A DNA stretch of 64,000 nucleotides. It comes from an uncultured delta proteobacterium (lineage in GTDB: Bacteria > Desulfobacterota > Binatia > UBA9968). Position 1 is the stretch's first letter, and each line of letters opens with the position of its first letter. Under the pieces are notes generated by a model, which saw nothing but the letters and a program-made list of their open reading frames with translations, was not told the DNA's origin and made no database searches. Location: positions 128,001 to 192,000 of the forward strand of contig CAVUVW010000021.1 of assembly GCA_963745035.1 (NCBI GenBank), read 5' to 3'. The position numbers were made by a program, and so were the translations under genes. This document shows, piece after piece, positions 8,376-17,979 of the stretch.

Positions 8376-9932
8376 TCACGCAAACAGGTGCGCCAGGACT
8401 TCACGATGCTTGCTCGGTTTGAAGTGCGAAGCCTCGATCCATGTGAAGCGCTCCTGCCGGCCGGAGGCGATCGCCTCTTGCGCGGCAGCGCGATCGGTCA
8501 GACTGTCCGTCAGCGCCACGACGCGTACCTCGCGCGAGGCCTGCGCGAGCGTGGTGAGCTCGTAACGACAGCCGGCGTTGTGCGCCTGAAAGCCGCGCAG
8601 ATCCATCAGCACCACGTCGCTCTGGCGCATGAGCGCCGCCAGCGCGTCCTGCCACGTCGTGTCGTGACAATAACATTCGTTGACCCGATAACGACCATCC
8701 ATGTCAGCCGCCATGTCGAACGCGGCGATGCGCCGCGCGACATCCGCGGGACTGACAACAAAGCGCTCGGCCAGTCGCCGGTCGAGAAACTGGAAGATGT
8801 CGTCGGCGTCCAGTGTGCGATCGGCGAGATCGGTTCCGGCGATCATCACCGTGTTCCCGCTCAGACGCCAGCGTTCGATGACGTGGTCGAACAGGGACTG
8901 CACCTGCTTGTCCCGCTGGAAAACTCGCAAGACCAGGAGCGTCGGCGCTCGCCCGGATCGCCGCCCGCGACGAGCAACCAACATGACTGCGGGAATCCAT
9001 AGCAGCGGCAGGTACATTGCGAACGCTGCCGCGCCTGCGGTAGTGAAAAGTGTCAGTGCGCGGTCGGTCAGCGCGAAAGCCCATACACCGGTGAATACCA
9101 CCAACAAATCGGAGAGCCACTTGCGCGAGTATGCGCGCCCGAGCGCACGCCCCAACATCCGCACCGGCCACCACGCAATGATCGAAGACAGCAACACGAA
9201 GAGCGCGAACACGATCAAGACGCCACTCCACCCCGGCAATTCTTCCAGCGGCGCGATCAAAGACTTCAGCAAAGGCGACTCGCGCTGGGCCATGTACGTC
9301 AGTGCATCGAGACCCGCGAGCCCAGACGACACCAACACCGCGGCCGGCATGAGCAACCACGGTGCGATGGCGCGGGTGGCATTGCCCAGATAGACCAGCA
9401 ACACCAGCGGCAGCGACAGCCCGCATTCGCTGGCCATCAGCGCCAGCACCCACAGCGGCCGAGGCTCGATCGAACGCCACAAGGCAACGACGAAGGACGC
9501 GCCGCCCCACAGCAACAACGTTCCGAACAAGCGCCCCCAAGACCAGCGCCAGATGAGCGCCAACGCGGGAATCATCGGCCATACGTGCAACAGCGCCATG
9601 ACAGCCACCCGTCTCGGCAGCAGAGGCTCGCCGGGAAATTGAAGCGCATACCAGATCGAGGCGCTCGTTATTGCCATCAGGCATGACAGCGCGATCAGCA
9701 GCAGGATCAGCTGCATTCCGGCGCGCCGATTGTCGGCCAGCGAAACCGGCAGCGGCAGCGGAACGTCGGGCGCCGTCTCCGCGACAGGCGCGGCCGATTC
9801 TTCGGCGTGCGGCGCACGCATCAATTGCTGCATCCGGCGTCGATATAAGCGGGCGATGAGCCAAGCCGCGACACAGGAGAGCAGCACCGACACGATCAGC
9901 ACGGCATACAGCTTACCGGCATTTGGTGTCAT
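8376..9932 (-). CDS. cassette-borne multi-TM protein with C-terminal cytoplasmic alpha/beta domain
   Basis: About 9-10 hydrophobic helices then VLRVF..D, WQDAL..L...SDVVLMDLRGF...NAGCRYEL. Confidence 0.75.
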   Translation of the reverse strand: MTPNAGKLYAVLIVSVLLSCVAAWLIARLYRRRMQQLMRAPHAEESAAPVAETAPDVPLPLPVSLADNRRAGMQLILLLIALSCLMAITSASIWYALQFPGEPLLPRRVAVMALLHVWPMIPALALIWRWSWGRLFGTLLLWGGASFVVALWRSIEPRPLWVLALMASECGLSLPLVLLVYLGNATRAIAPWLLMPAAVLVSSGLAGLDALTYMAQRESPLLKSLIAPLEELPGWSGVLIVFALFVLLSSIIAWWPVRMLGRALGRAYSRKWLSDLLVVFTGVWAFALTDRALTLFTTAGAAAFAMYLPLLWIPAVMLVARRGRRSGRAPTLLVLRVFQRDKQVQSLFDHVIERWRLSGNTVMIAGTDLADRTLDADDIFQFLDRRLAERFVVSPADVARRIAAFDMAADMDGRYRVNECYCHDTTWQDALAALMRQSDVVLMDLRGFQAHNAGCRYELTTLAQASREVRVVALTDSLTDRAAAQEAIASGRQERFTWIEASHFKPSKHREVLAHLFA

Positions 9933-10027
9933 CGCGCTTTTAGTACAGGGAGTGGTTCTGGAGGCCGACTACGCCGATGCGCATCGATCCGGGGCACCAC
10001 GATATGGTCCCGGGCGCACTTCGCGGT

Positions 10028-10119
10028 GCTCAATGACCCAAGCTCAGCGACCCGCCCACGGGACGTGTGAATTGCAACCAGAGTGCGAGGGCCGGGTTCG
10101 CTGCCGCGCATGGTTGGGC
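10028..10119 (-). other. attC site (92 bp), R' degenerate (ATTGAGC)
   Basis: Minus: GCCCAAC-CATGC-GCGGCAGC-GAACCCGGCCC...GGGCGGGTC-GCTGAGC-TTGGGTC-ATTGAGC. Confidence 0.75.
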
Positions 10120-10159
10120 GGCTCGTAAATCAGACTCACCCGTGTGGGCCTTAACGTAG

Positions 10160-10753
10160 TCATACACCAGTTCCCATCTCGGAAAGCCGTCGGTTCGACT
10201 TAGAGTTCGTGGTGCTTGCGCGTCGAAACAGCAAAGCCGATCCGACAAACAGCATGGCGAAGAATGCATTGAGACCAAATACTCCCACTACGCCCGGTGG
10301 TTCCATGGTAATTTGAGGCTTCGCGGTAACGAGAGCAATCACAGGGACCAACATCTGAGCAATTGCCATCGTGAACAACGCGCGTGCCATTCCATGGGGT
10401 CGGAAGCGCGCGACGAGGGCACCAATGAATCCGACAGCGAGCACCCCGAAATACATCAAGTTGGGGCCTCCCGGTTTTCCGATGATGCCAACGGCAGCAT
10501 TCACCCAGACGAGGAGGAGACCTGACACAACTGCAATACCAACAGCGACTCGATACGTTGAGTTGTCCGACCTTCTCGCAACAAGCTCATACGTCAGACC
10601 AGCACCGAACAGGAGGACAAAGGCGAAAATAAAATCGTCCAGTTTCCAATTCCAACCTTGTCCATCTACTCCATCGCCTAATAGCGTCAATACCAAGGGT
10701 ATCAGCAGTAGGAGCCCTGTCCCAACCGCAATGCGCATAATGTTTTTTTGCAT
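10160..10753 (-). CDS. cassette gene: conserved multi-TM membrane protein
   Basis: WNWKLDDF, LLVWVNAAVGIIG, NLMYFGVLAVG, ARFRPHGMARAL; start uncertain (ORF open to 10876). Confidence 0.75.
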   Translation of the reverse strand: MQKNIMRIAVGTGLLLLIPLVLTLLGDGVDGQGWNWKLDDFIFAFVLLFGAGLTYELVARRSDNSTYRVAVGIAVVSGLLLVWVNAAVGIIGKPGGPNLMYFGVLAVGFIGALVARFRPHGMARALFTMAIAQMLVPVIALVTAKPQITMEPPGVVGVFGLNAFFAMLFVGSALLFRRASTTNSKSNRRLSEMGTGV

Positions 10754-10961
10754 AAATGATGTAGGTTCGACCAAAGTGCGAAGCCGAATTATCACTGAAG
10801 GTTTGCTCATTCCCTCGCAACGACGACGCCGTGAAGGGGATGGCCAATAGGCAACCCCCGCTGAAGCTCGGCGCAAAAGCGCTCCGCCTGTGCTGAGTCG
10901 CGGTAATACAAACCCGTTGGCAAAGCTGGACGGTCTGCAAGCGCGGTGCTCGTACGGAGAC

Positions 10962-11042
10962 GCCTAACCGCGCGCCTTCACCGGGCTATACCAGCCAGCA
11001 AATCGCCGCTGGTCAAGCGTCCGGTGCAAGGCGTGGTTAGGC
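10962..11042 (-). other. attC site (81 bp)
   Basis: Minus: GCCTAAC-CACGC-CTTGCACC-GG...CCAGC..GCTGG...CC-GGTGAAG-GCGCGCG-GTTAGGC, 8 bp after the cupin stop. Confidence 0.88.
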
Positions 11043-11050
11043 GGGCTGCC

Positions 11051-11521
11051 TCATTTCTTTCTCGGGTCGTCCGCGGGATTGACGTACGTAACAGCCCATG
11101 GACCGGTTCCATTAAGCTGCACCACGACTTCTTCCTTGGTCCAGGCAAAATGGTTTGTCTTTGGCTGGATGATCATCATGCTTCCCGGACTCAGGGCCAT
11201 CGGCTTCTTCATGTCCAGTTTGTCGCCCACGCCCATATAAAAGGTTCCGGAAATCACCGTCACTCGCTCCACGGCCGGATGCCAATGCGCGGGAATCTGA
11301 TAGTTTGCAGGGAACTTCAATCGGAACGTGAACGGAACGGCCTCGTTCAGCGGGCCTTCGATGACAGCGATCTTAGCGCCGGGCGGCAAAGACGGAATAT
11401 CGCTCCATTTCAGATCATTTGGCGAGATCATCTTGTGACCGCTCGACTGAGCCCAACCTGAAGGCATGCCAACAAGAAGGGACACAATCACTGCGAATGC
11501 GATGTAAAGCATGGATTTCAT
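11051..11521 (-). CDS. cassette gene: exported cupin-domain protein
   Basis: Signal peptide, PAHWHPAVERVTVISG and later H; RBS AGGAGG. Confidence 0.9.
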   Translation of the reverse strand: MKSMLYIAFAVIVSLLVGMPSGWAQSSGHKMISPNDLKWSDIPSLPPGAKIAVIEGPLNEAVPFTFRLKFPANYQIPAHWHPAVERVTVISGTFYMGVGDKLDMKKPMALSPGSMMIIQPKTNHFAWTKEEVVVQLNGTGPWAVTYVNPADDPRKK

Positions 11522-11595
11522 GGCGTCCTCCTTTTCAATTCAGTCAACAAGGGACCAATAGGATGATTGGGCGAGCATTGGTCCCGGTCATGCCC

Positions 11596-11722
11596 GCCTA
11601 ACTATTGATTGAACTGATCTCGTATATTGACTTGCAAAGAAGCACCAGCGGGAAATTTACGTTACCAAACAATGAGCTGTCAATTGCGTTCATGCTCGTA
11701 TATTCAATATCACTGGTCTCGT
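11596..11722 (-). promoter_or_regulatory. attI-like site plus Pc-like promoter (platform C)
   Basis: Crossover G|TTAGGCGGG complementary to CCCGCCTAAC of attC at 11036-11045; minus-strand TTGACA-N18-TAAATT at 11683..11654. Confidence 0.78.
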
Positions 11723-11860
11723 ATGCGAGCACCGCCGGATACGTGCCGCAGAGAGAAGCCAAATGTGTTTGACACAAAAGCCCATTCCGGGAGAGGACTT
11801 TGTGAAGATCAAGCTGAGCTGGCTAGCTTGCGAGTCAACGCTCTGTAAAAGGAAAAGATC

Positions 11861-12826
11861 ATGAAAGTTGTTCGCTGCGGCTTTTTACTGCTTTGTCTGA
11901 TGCTGCCGTCCACCGGATTCGCGACGACGGTGAACGTGGCGGTGCCGAGTTTCAGCATGTCTCTGGTCGCTTTCATGGCGGCGAAGGAGAAAGGCTACTA
12001 CCGGCAGGAGGGGCTCGACGTCAATTTTGTGCTGATGCCGGCGGCAATTGCGAGCAGGGCTTTGATCGCGGGGAATGTGGATTTTGCGACGGTGGGCGGA
12101 TCGGCTTTGACTGCGGCCCTCGGCGGCGCGCCGCTGCGGCTGCTGTTCAGCTCGTTCAATCGGTCGCTCTTCTGGCTTTATTCGCGGCCGGAGATCACCG
12201 ACGTGAAAGAGCTCAAGGGAAAGAAAATCGGCGTGTCGAGCATCGGCTCCGGACCGGACTCGATGGTGCGCGATCTGCTGCGAAGCCACGGTTTGCAAGG
12301 CGGAAAGGACGTCGCCATCCTGGCCGTCGGTGTGGACTCGAGCCGGTATGCGTCGCTGCTCAACAATCTGACCGACGCGGTGGTCTTGTCGACGCCGTAC
12401 AATTTCACCGCCCAGGACGCCGGATTCAAAGAACTGGTTTCCTTCGTGAAGCACGACTGGATCGAGCTCCAGGGCTGCATCGTCACGCGTGAAGCGATGC
12501 TGAAGAGCAACCCTGCTCTGGTCGAGAAGTATACCTTGGCAACGCTCAAGGGCCTGCTGAGCGCGCGCGGCAATCGCGCGGCGACCCTGCCGGTCGTCGC
12601 CAAGATGATGAAAGTGAAGCCCGAACTGGCGGCCCGCATCTACGATCTTTCGCTGCCCGCGATGACGAGTCACGGCGAATTGACCGAGGATGTGCAATCG
12701 AAGGCGATCGAGCACGTCGTGAAGCAGATGAACCTCAAAGAACCGCCGAGCTTGCAGCGGATCTACGACTTCGCGCCGCTCGAAAAGGCGCGCCGGCAAC
12801 TGGAGTCGCAGGGCTGGAAGCCGTGA
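11861..12826 (+). CDS. NitT/TauT (SsuA/THI5-like) substrate-binding protein
   Basis: Signal peptide, AKEKGYYRQEGLDV, LKGKKIGVSSIGS. Confidence 0.9.
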   Translation: MKVVRCGFLLLCLMLPSTGFATTVNVAVPSFSMSLVAFMAAKEKGYYRQEGLDVNFVLMPAAIASRALIAGNVDFATVGGSALTAALGGAPLRLLFSSFNRSLFWLYSRPEITDVKELKGKKIGVSSIGSGPDSMVRDLLRSHGLQGGKDVAILAVGVDSSRYASLLNNLTDAVVLSTPYNFTAQDAGFKELVSFVKHDWIELQGCIVTREAMLKSNPALVEKYTLATLKGLLSARGNRAATLPVVAKMMKVKPELAARIYDLSLPAMTSHGELTEDVQSKAIEHVVKQMNLKEPPSLQRIYDFAPLEKARRQLESQGWKP

Positions 12827-12880
12827 GCAGAGGGAGAATCGACGGATGTGCTTCATTTCACCACGAAGGGCACGAAGAGC

Positions 12881-14554
12881 CCAGCGCGGCCGAGCCGCAA
12901 CCAAAATGACAGATTGGTTTCATTGGTGTAAACGGTGCTCATGTCTACGATATACAATGCACCGACGAAAGAGGCTGCGCATGCCTTTGTACAGCGTCAC
13001 AAAAGCGATGTCATCGGAGTTTTGCACGGTTGGGATCGATTGCGACTGCAAGGCACGCTTCGAAGTCTCTATTACCAGCCGGTGATGGAAGAGTACCTGA
13101 GGCAAGCAGGAGTTTTGTGGAAAGATTTCAAAATCTTCGCCACCACACTGACGGCTCGTGTGCGCCAAGCGGCAGTGGATCTGGCAGCGAAGCATCAGCG
13201 GCCGATGCTTTATCTTAACTCCAGCCGCACACGCAAGGAGGACGAGGCTCGCAAGATCCAGCAGCGTGACCAGATTGAGTTGGGGCTGATTGCTGTGTTT
13301 AGTTGCGTGGAGCCGTGCCGTACGTGGTTTTTGCGCGGCAATCGTATTACCCGAAAGCTTGAGCTTAGGCTTGAATGGGGCAAGTGCATCCACCTGTACT
13401 TTTACTGGATGCATGAACAATTGGGATTTTTGCATCTTCGGTTGCAGACTTGGTTTCCTTTTCTGATTCAAATTTGTCTCAACGGACGAGGATGGCTGGC
13501 CCGGCAGATGGATCAGAAAAAGCTGCGCTATCGGCGAGAGGATAACTGTTTTCCGTGGATTGACGATGTCTCGCGCGCCCAAGCACTGATGGATCAGCAA
13601 CACCGCACCAATTGGCCCGTGCTTTTGCACCCACTGCTCAAAAAGTGCCACCCTTTGCACGCCGAGATTAGCCGTCCCATTGAGCGTGACTACTACTGGA
13701 CGGCGGCCGAGACCGAGTACGCCACCGATGTTATGTTTCGTGACCGGGCCGCGCTCGGACGCATTTATCCCGCCTTGGTGCATCACGCGGTGATGACGTT
13801 TGGCAGTGAACAAGTGCTGCGGTTTATGCACCGCTCGGGACAGGTGGGTCTCCAAGAGGTGCAAAGCGATCGGCGTCGCTGGCCTGACGGCGTCCGAGTC
13901 AAGCACTGGGTCAATAAGAACTCGCTTAAATGCTATGATAAGGGCAGTGTCTTGCGCGTTGAGGCAACGATCAATGAACCGAGAGATTTTCGCAGCTTTC
14001 GCGCCGCGGAGAAAAGTCCTGGCGGCCCTAAGCGCTGGCGCGAACTGCGCCGCAGCGTATCTGACTTTCACCGACGCTCTGAAGTGAGTCGGAAAGCCAC
14101 CGAGCGATACCTTACCGCTCTGGCTTGTGTCCATGTGCAAACCCGGCTCGCCGAGCAAACCGCGCAAGTCTGCCGGCCCGTACGGCGGTACGGACGCCGT
14201 TACCGAGCGCTTAATCCTCTGGGAGAAGGCGATGCTCAACTCATGACCATCGTCAACCGTGGAGAATTTTCGCTCAACGGGTTTCGCAACCGTGACCTGC
14301 GTTCCCATCTCTACCCTGCGATCAAGGACAAACAAAAGCAACACACAGAAATGGCGGCAGTGGGACGTCGCTTGCGGCTGTTGCGGGCGCATGGCTTGAT
14401 TGCAAAAGTGCCCAAAACGCACCGTTACATCGTTACTGAAAAAGGTCGCAACATCATCACGGCGTTGTTGGCCGCGCGTAACGCAAGCACTGAGAAACTC
14501 ACAGCTTTGGCCGCGTGATTTGCGCAGATGGAGAAAATTTTCAAGCATAGTAGT
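12881..14554 (+). mobile_element. unclassified single-gene mobile element inserted in a REP-like repeat
   Basis: Removing it restores TTCACCACGAAGGGCACGAAGAGC|ACGAAGG, matching the intact repeat at 16281-16310; no TIR or clear TSD; left-end hairpin GCGGC-CGA-GCCGC. Confidence 0.75.
12935..14518 (+). CDS. putative transposase / Rep-like protein with C-terminal winged helix
   Basis: 527 aa; NSLKCYDKGSVLRVEATIN motif; GFRNRDLR...RLRLLRAHGLIAKVPKTHRYIVTEKG. Confidence 0.7.
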   Translation: MLMSTIYNAPTKEAAHAFVQRHKSDVIGVLHGWDRLRLQGTLRSLYYQPVMEEYLRQAGVLWKDFKIFATTLTARVRQAAVDLAAKHQRPMLYLNSSRTRKEDEARKIQQRDQIELGLIAVFSCVEPCRTWFLRGNRITRKLELRLEWGKCIHLYFYWMHEQLGFLHLRLQTWFPFLIQICLNGRGWLARQMDQKKLRYRREDNCFPWIDDVSRAQALMDQQHRTNWPVLLHPLLKKCHPLHAEISRPIERDYYWTAAETEYATDVMFRDRAALGRIYPALVHHAVMTFGSEQVLRFMHRSGQVGLQEVQSDRRRWPDGVRVKHWVNKNSLKCYDKGSVLRVEATINEPRDFRSFRAAEKSPGGPKRWRELRRSVSDFHRRSEVSRKATERYLTALACVHVQTRLAEQTAQVCRPVRRYGRRYRALNPLGEGDAQLMTIVNRGEFSLNGFRNRDLRSHLYPAIKDKQKQHTEMAAVGRRLRLLRAHGLIAKVPKTHRYIVTEKGRNIITALLAARNASTEKLTALAA

Positions 14555-14570
14555 ACGAAGGTCGAAGGGG

Positions 14571-14653
14571 TTCACCGCGGAGGCGCGGAGTACGCGGAGA
14601 TTAGAGTTTTGATTAACCATTTCCAAGTCTGCGGACTCGGCGTCTCTGCGGTG
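14571..14653. repeat. REP-like inverted doublet
   Basis: CACCGCGGAGGCGCGGAGTACGCGGAG ... TCTGCGGACTCGGCGTCTCTGCGGTG. Confidence 0.8.
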
Positions 14654-14735
14654 CAATGTTCTTTGCCGCTGTGTCCCGCAAGTCCCAAAGGCGCTAAGAG
14701 GATCTAAGATTCATTTCACCACGAAGGACGCAAAG

Positions 14736-16223
14736 ATGGCGGAATCGAAATTCAATATTCTGGAAACGACGATCGAAGACATCCACCGCGGTTATGCCGC
14801 AGGAGAATTGACCTGCCGTCAGCTTGTCCAGGCATACCTGGACCGCATCGCGGCTTACGACAAGCAGGGCCCGGCGCTCAACACGATCATCACGCTCAAC
14901 GCGCAGGCGATCGAAGAGGCCGAGCGGCTCGATGCGCAATACAAAGCTTCCGGTTCGACGGGGCCGCTCCACGGCATTCCCGTCATCGTCAAAGATCAGG
15001 CGGATGTAAAAGGGATGCCGACGACCCTCGGGTCGGTTTTGTTCAAAGACTATTTTCCCGACCGCGATTCGTTCGTCGTCGAGCGGCTGAGGAAAGCCGG
15101 CGCGGTGATCCTGGGCAAATCCGCGCTCGGCGAAATGGCGGGCGGCGACACGCACGGCTCACTCTTCGGCTCGACCCGAAACCCGTACGACTTGGAGCGC
15201 ACGGTCGGCGGTTCGTCGGGCGGCTCTGCCGCCGCCGTAGCTGCGAATTTTTGCGCCGTGGCGATCGGGCAGGAGGGCTTGGCATCGATCCGCCGGCCGG
15301 CGGCGTGGAATTCGGTCGCCGGCATGCGCACCAGCGCCGGGCTGGTGAGCCGGGGCGGCGTGTACGGCGGCTGGCCGTCGCTCGCGGGATCGCTGGGGCC
15401 GATGACTCGAACGATCGCCGACTCGGCCGCGCTCCTGGACGTGATCGTCGGCTACGATCCCGAAGATCCGCAGACCGCCTACGGGGTCGGGCACGCGCCG
15501 GCGAGCTTCAAGAAATTTCTCGACAAAGACGGTCTCAAAGGCGCGAGGCTCGGTATTCTGCGCGAGCCCATGGGCATCGACTCGGAACCGGAGTCGGACG
15601 ACTTCCGCAAAGTGGACGAAGTGTTCGGCAAGGCGGTCAACGACCTCAAGGCCGCGGGCGCGGAGGTTATCGATCCGATCGTGATCCCGAAGCTGAAAGA
15701 GCTGCTCGCGAAGCGAGCGGCAGGGCCGGGGGAGGGCGAGCAGTCGTTCAAAAACTATTTTGGTCGAAGCAAGAACCCGCCGTTTCAGTCGATCGCTGAA
15801 GCCGTCGCATCACCCGAATTCGCCAAAGTTTCGCGCAACGCCCAGGTCCGCATGAAAGCGTCGCAGGACGCAAACAAACACTATCAGGCTCTGCTGGCGC
15901 GCGAAGAGCTGATGACCCATTTGCTGAAGACGATGGCGGATCATCGGCTCGATGCGATCGTGCATAAAGCCGTGGAGCATCAGCCGACGTTGATCAGCGA
16001 AGGGCTAAAACCGCCCTACGTGAACTACAAAGGCGCGCCGCACCTGAACACTTTCCTGGTTTTTGTTCCGTCGGTGGTCGTGCCTGCCGGCTTTACGCGC
16101 GACGATCTTCCGGCCGGCATCGTCTTTCTCGGGCGGCCCTACGACGACGGCAACATGCTCAAGTTCGCCTACGCGTATGAGCAGGCGACGAAGCACCGCC
16201 GGCCGCCGAGTTTTGGAGGATAA
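14736..16223 (+). CDS. amidase signature family protein
   Basis: GPLHGIPVIVKD, GGSSGGS, ASIRRPA. Confidence 0.93.
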   Translation: MAESKFNILETTIEDIHRGYAAGELTCRQLVQAYLDRIAAYDKQGPALNTIITLNAQAIEEAERLDAQYKASGSTGPLHGIPVIVKDQADVKGMPTTLGSVLFKDYFPDRDSFVVERLRKAGAVILGKSALGEMAGGDTHGSLFGSTRNPYDLERTVGGSSGGSAAAVAANFCAVAIGQEGLASIRRPAAWNSVAGMRTSAGLVSRGGVYGGWPSLAGSLGPMTRTIADSAALLDVIVGYDPEDPQTAYGVGHAPASFKKFLDKDGLKGARLGILREPMGIDSEPESDDFRKVDEVFGKAVNDLKAAGAEVIDPIVIPKLKELLAKRAAGPGEGEQSFKNYFGRSKNPPFQSIAEAVASPEFAKVSRNAQVRMKASQDANKHYQALLAREELMTHLLKTMADHRLDAIVHKAVEHQPTLISEGLKPPYVNYKGAPHLNTFLVFVPSVVVPAGFTRDDLPAGIVFLGRPYDDGNMLKFAYAYEQATKHRRPPSFGG

Positions 16224-16240
16224 GAGAGGGGATGGGAGAT

Positions 16241-16612
16241 TTCTCTCGCCAAGGCGCAAAGGCGCCAAGGGAATGAAAGATTCACCACGACGGCGCGAAG
16301 AGCACGAAGGTTTTAGAAACAAAGATCTCACCGCGGAGGCGCAGAGTACGCCGAGATGAACGTTTCATCATTTTTTCACTCTGCAAGCTCGGTGTCTCGG
16401 CGGTGCAATGTTCTTTCCCGACAAGGCGCAAACGCGCCAAGTGACAGTGAAGTTTCATCCCAACATGGGAGATCACCACGAACCCGCCAAGGGCACAAAG
16501 TTCAGTCAGAAAGAATTCACCGCGGAGGCGCAGAGTACGCCGAGGAAAAACTTTCTAACTCTGCGAGCTCAGCGTCTCTGTGGTGTAATGTTCTTTTCTC
16601 GCGCGCTTGGCG
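16241..16612. repeat. cluster of REP-like repeats
   Basis: Multiple CACCGCGGAGGCGCAGAGTACGCCGAG, CGCCAAGGCGCAAAGGCGCCAAG and CACCACGA arms with inverted partners. Confidence 0.8.
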
Positions 16613-16661
16613 CCAATTCTGTTATACTGCGGCCGAATAATCCCCCATCGGTTCATCGCAA

Positions 16662-17852
16662 ATGAATCGCATTTTCATCAGTTACCGAAGCTCTGACGGT
16701 TTCAAGGATGCCAGCCGACTCGCCGTAGACTTGAATCGAGTGTTTGGCAGCGACCAGGTCTTTTTCGACAAACAAGATTTGCGCGGCGGGTCTTCCTGGC
16801 GGGATGAAATCATGGGCGCGCTAGGATCGAAACCGATCGTGCTGGCGCTGATCACGCCGGATTACTTCGGCGCCGTCGAGGGCGGGGGCCGCCGCATAGA
16901 TCGCGCCGATGACCCGGTCGGTGAAGAGTTGCTCGCCGGGTTCGATGCCAACGCGAAGATCATCCCGTTGCTCAGTGAGTCGGTCAAGATGCCGCCTGCC
17001 GGGTCATTGCCCGAGCGCTTACAGCCGATCACCTCCCGCCATGCGCTCAGACTCCGCAGCGAAGACTGGAATAACGATCTGTTACGTTTGATCGAAGATT
17101 TGGTCGCGAACAAGGTCAAGGTTCAAGATAAGGACTGGCGGTTGACCTTCGGCGGCGCGCCGCAAGTGCGTGCGGGGCGGTGGGTCGCAGTCGGCGTGAC
17201 GGCATTTCTTATCCTTGTGGTTATCCAACTCGCCCTCATGAGCGACAAAACTTCGGATGACGAAGCTTATTTCGGCGCCGCAGGAATCGGGTTGATGCCG
17301 CTTGCGGCGGCTTGGTACGCCCTGCGTACGCTCAAAGGCAGCGCCCGCAAGTTGAGATACACAGCGCTCGCCATGTTCCTTCTAAGCTGCTGGCAGGTCG
17401 TGAGCTTAGTCGCGGGCGGCGTGCAATTGCAATCCGGAATGTTCTCGACGACGACCAATGCTCCTGCCCAGATCGATCTCGCCGGCGTGTGGGATGTCGA
17501 AATGCTGGGGAAGGGCCCGTTGCCCCCGTTTAATCTCGTGCAAAACGGCGTGAACGTAAAGATGGAGACGGAGTCGGTTCAGGTCGACAAGCATCCCAAT
17601 ATCGCGGCGATGAACAAGATCGGGAAAGCGAAGGGCGGGCTGGTTTTGACTTCGACTCGGCTAAAAGGGGCGGGAACGCTCACTGGACGTGAATTGAATG
17701 TATTGGTGAATTACGTCACGGGACCCGAAGATATCGCTTTCGCCACCGGCACCTTGACGGCCAAGATCGACGACGGCGACCGCGTGATACAGGGAACTCT
17801 CTTGTTTATCGGCGATAAGGATGGCCAACCGCTGAAACTGACGCGTAGATAG
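16662..17852 (+). CDS. TIR-domain membrane protein
   Basis: RIFISYRSSD, VFFDKQDLRGG..W, DDPVGEEL, IIPLL; three TM helices; beta-rich C-terminus. Confidence 0.85.
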   Translation: MNRIFISYRSSDGFKDASRLAVDLNRVFGSDQVFFDKQDLRGGSSWRDEIMGALGSKPIVLALITPDYFGAVEGGGRRIDRADDPVGEELLAGFDANAKIIPLLSESVKMPPAGSLPERLQPITSRHALRLRSEDWNNDLLRLIEDLVANKVKVQDKDWRLTFGGAPQVRAGRWVAVGVTAFLILVVIQLALMSDKTSDDEAYFGAAGIGLMPLAAAWYALRTLKGSARKLRYTALAMFLLSCWQVVSLVAGGVQLQSGMFSTTTNAPAQIDLAGVWDVEMLGKGPLPPFNLVQNGVNVKMETESVQVDKHPNIAAMNKIGKAKGGLVLTSTRLKGAGTLTGRELNVLVNYVTGPEDIAFATGTLTAKIDDGDRVIQGTLLFIGDKDGQPLKLTRR

Positions 17853-17979
17853 TTCCGGCTCCCTCAACTCATATCTCGGAATTGTTCTCGCAAAAGCCTG
17901 AAGGCACAACGCTAAAGATTGTTGATTGTACAACTCCGGACTTCGCGTCTTAGCGTCTTTGCGCGAGTTTTCCGAGCGG

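Noticed and set aside
8351-8376. GTTATGT 17 bp after the 518-aa gene stop as an attC R'
   Set aside because: No R'' or L boxes; too short to call
12920-14656. 578-aa minus-strand ORF
   Set aside because: Antisense shadow of the 527-aa element gene with no motifs; the same applies to most long overlapping ORFs in this GC-rich sequence
16241-16612. Repeat cluster considered as a CRISPR array
   Set aside because: Copies are degenerate, inverted and irregularly spaced; no cas genes or leader
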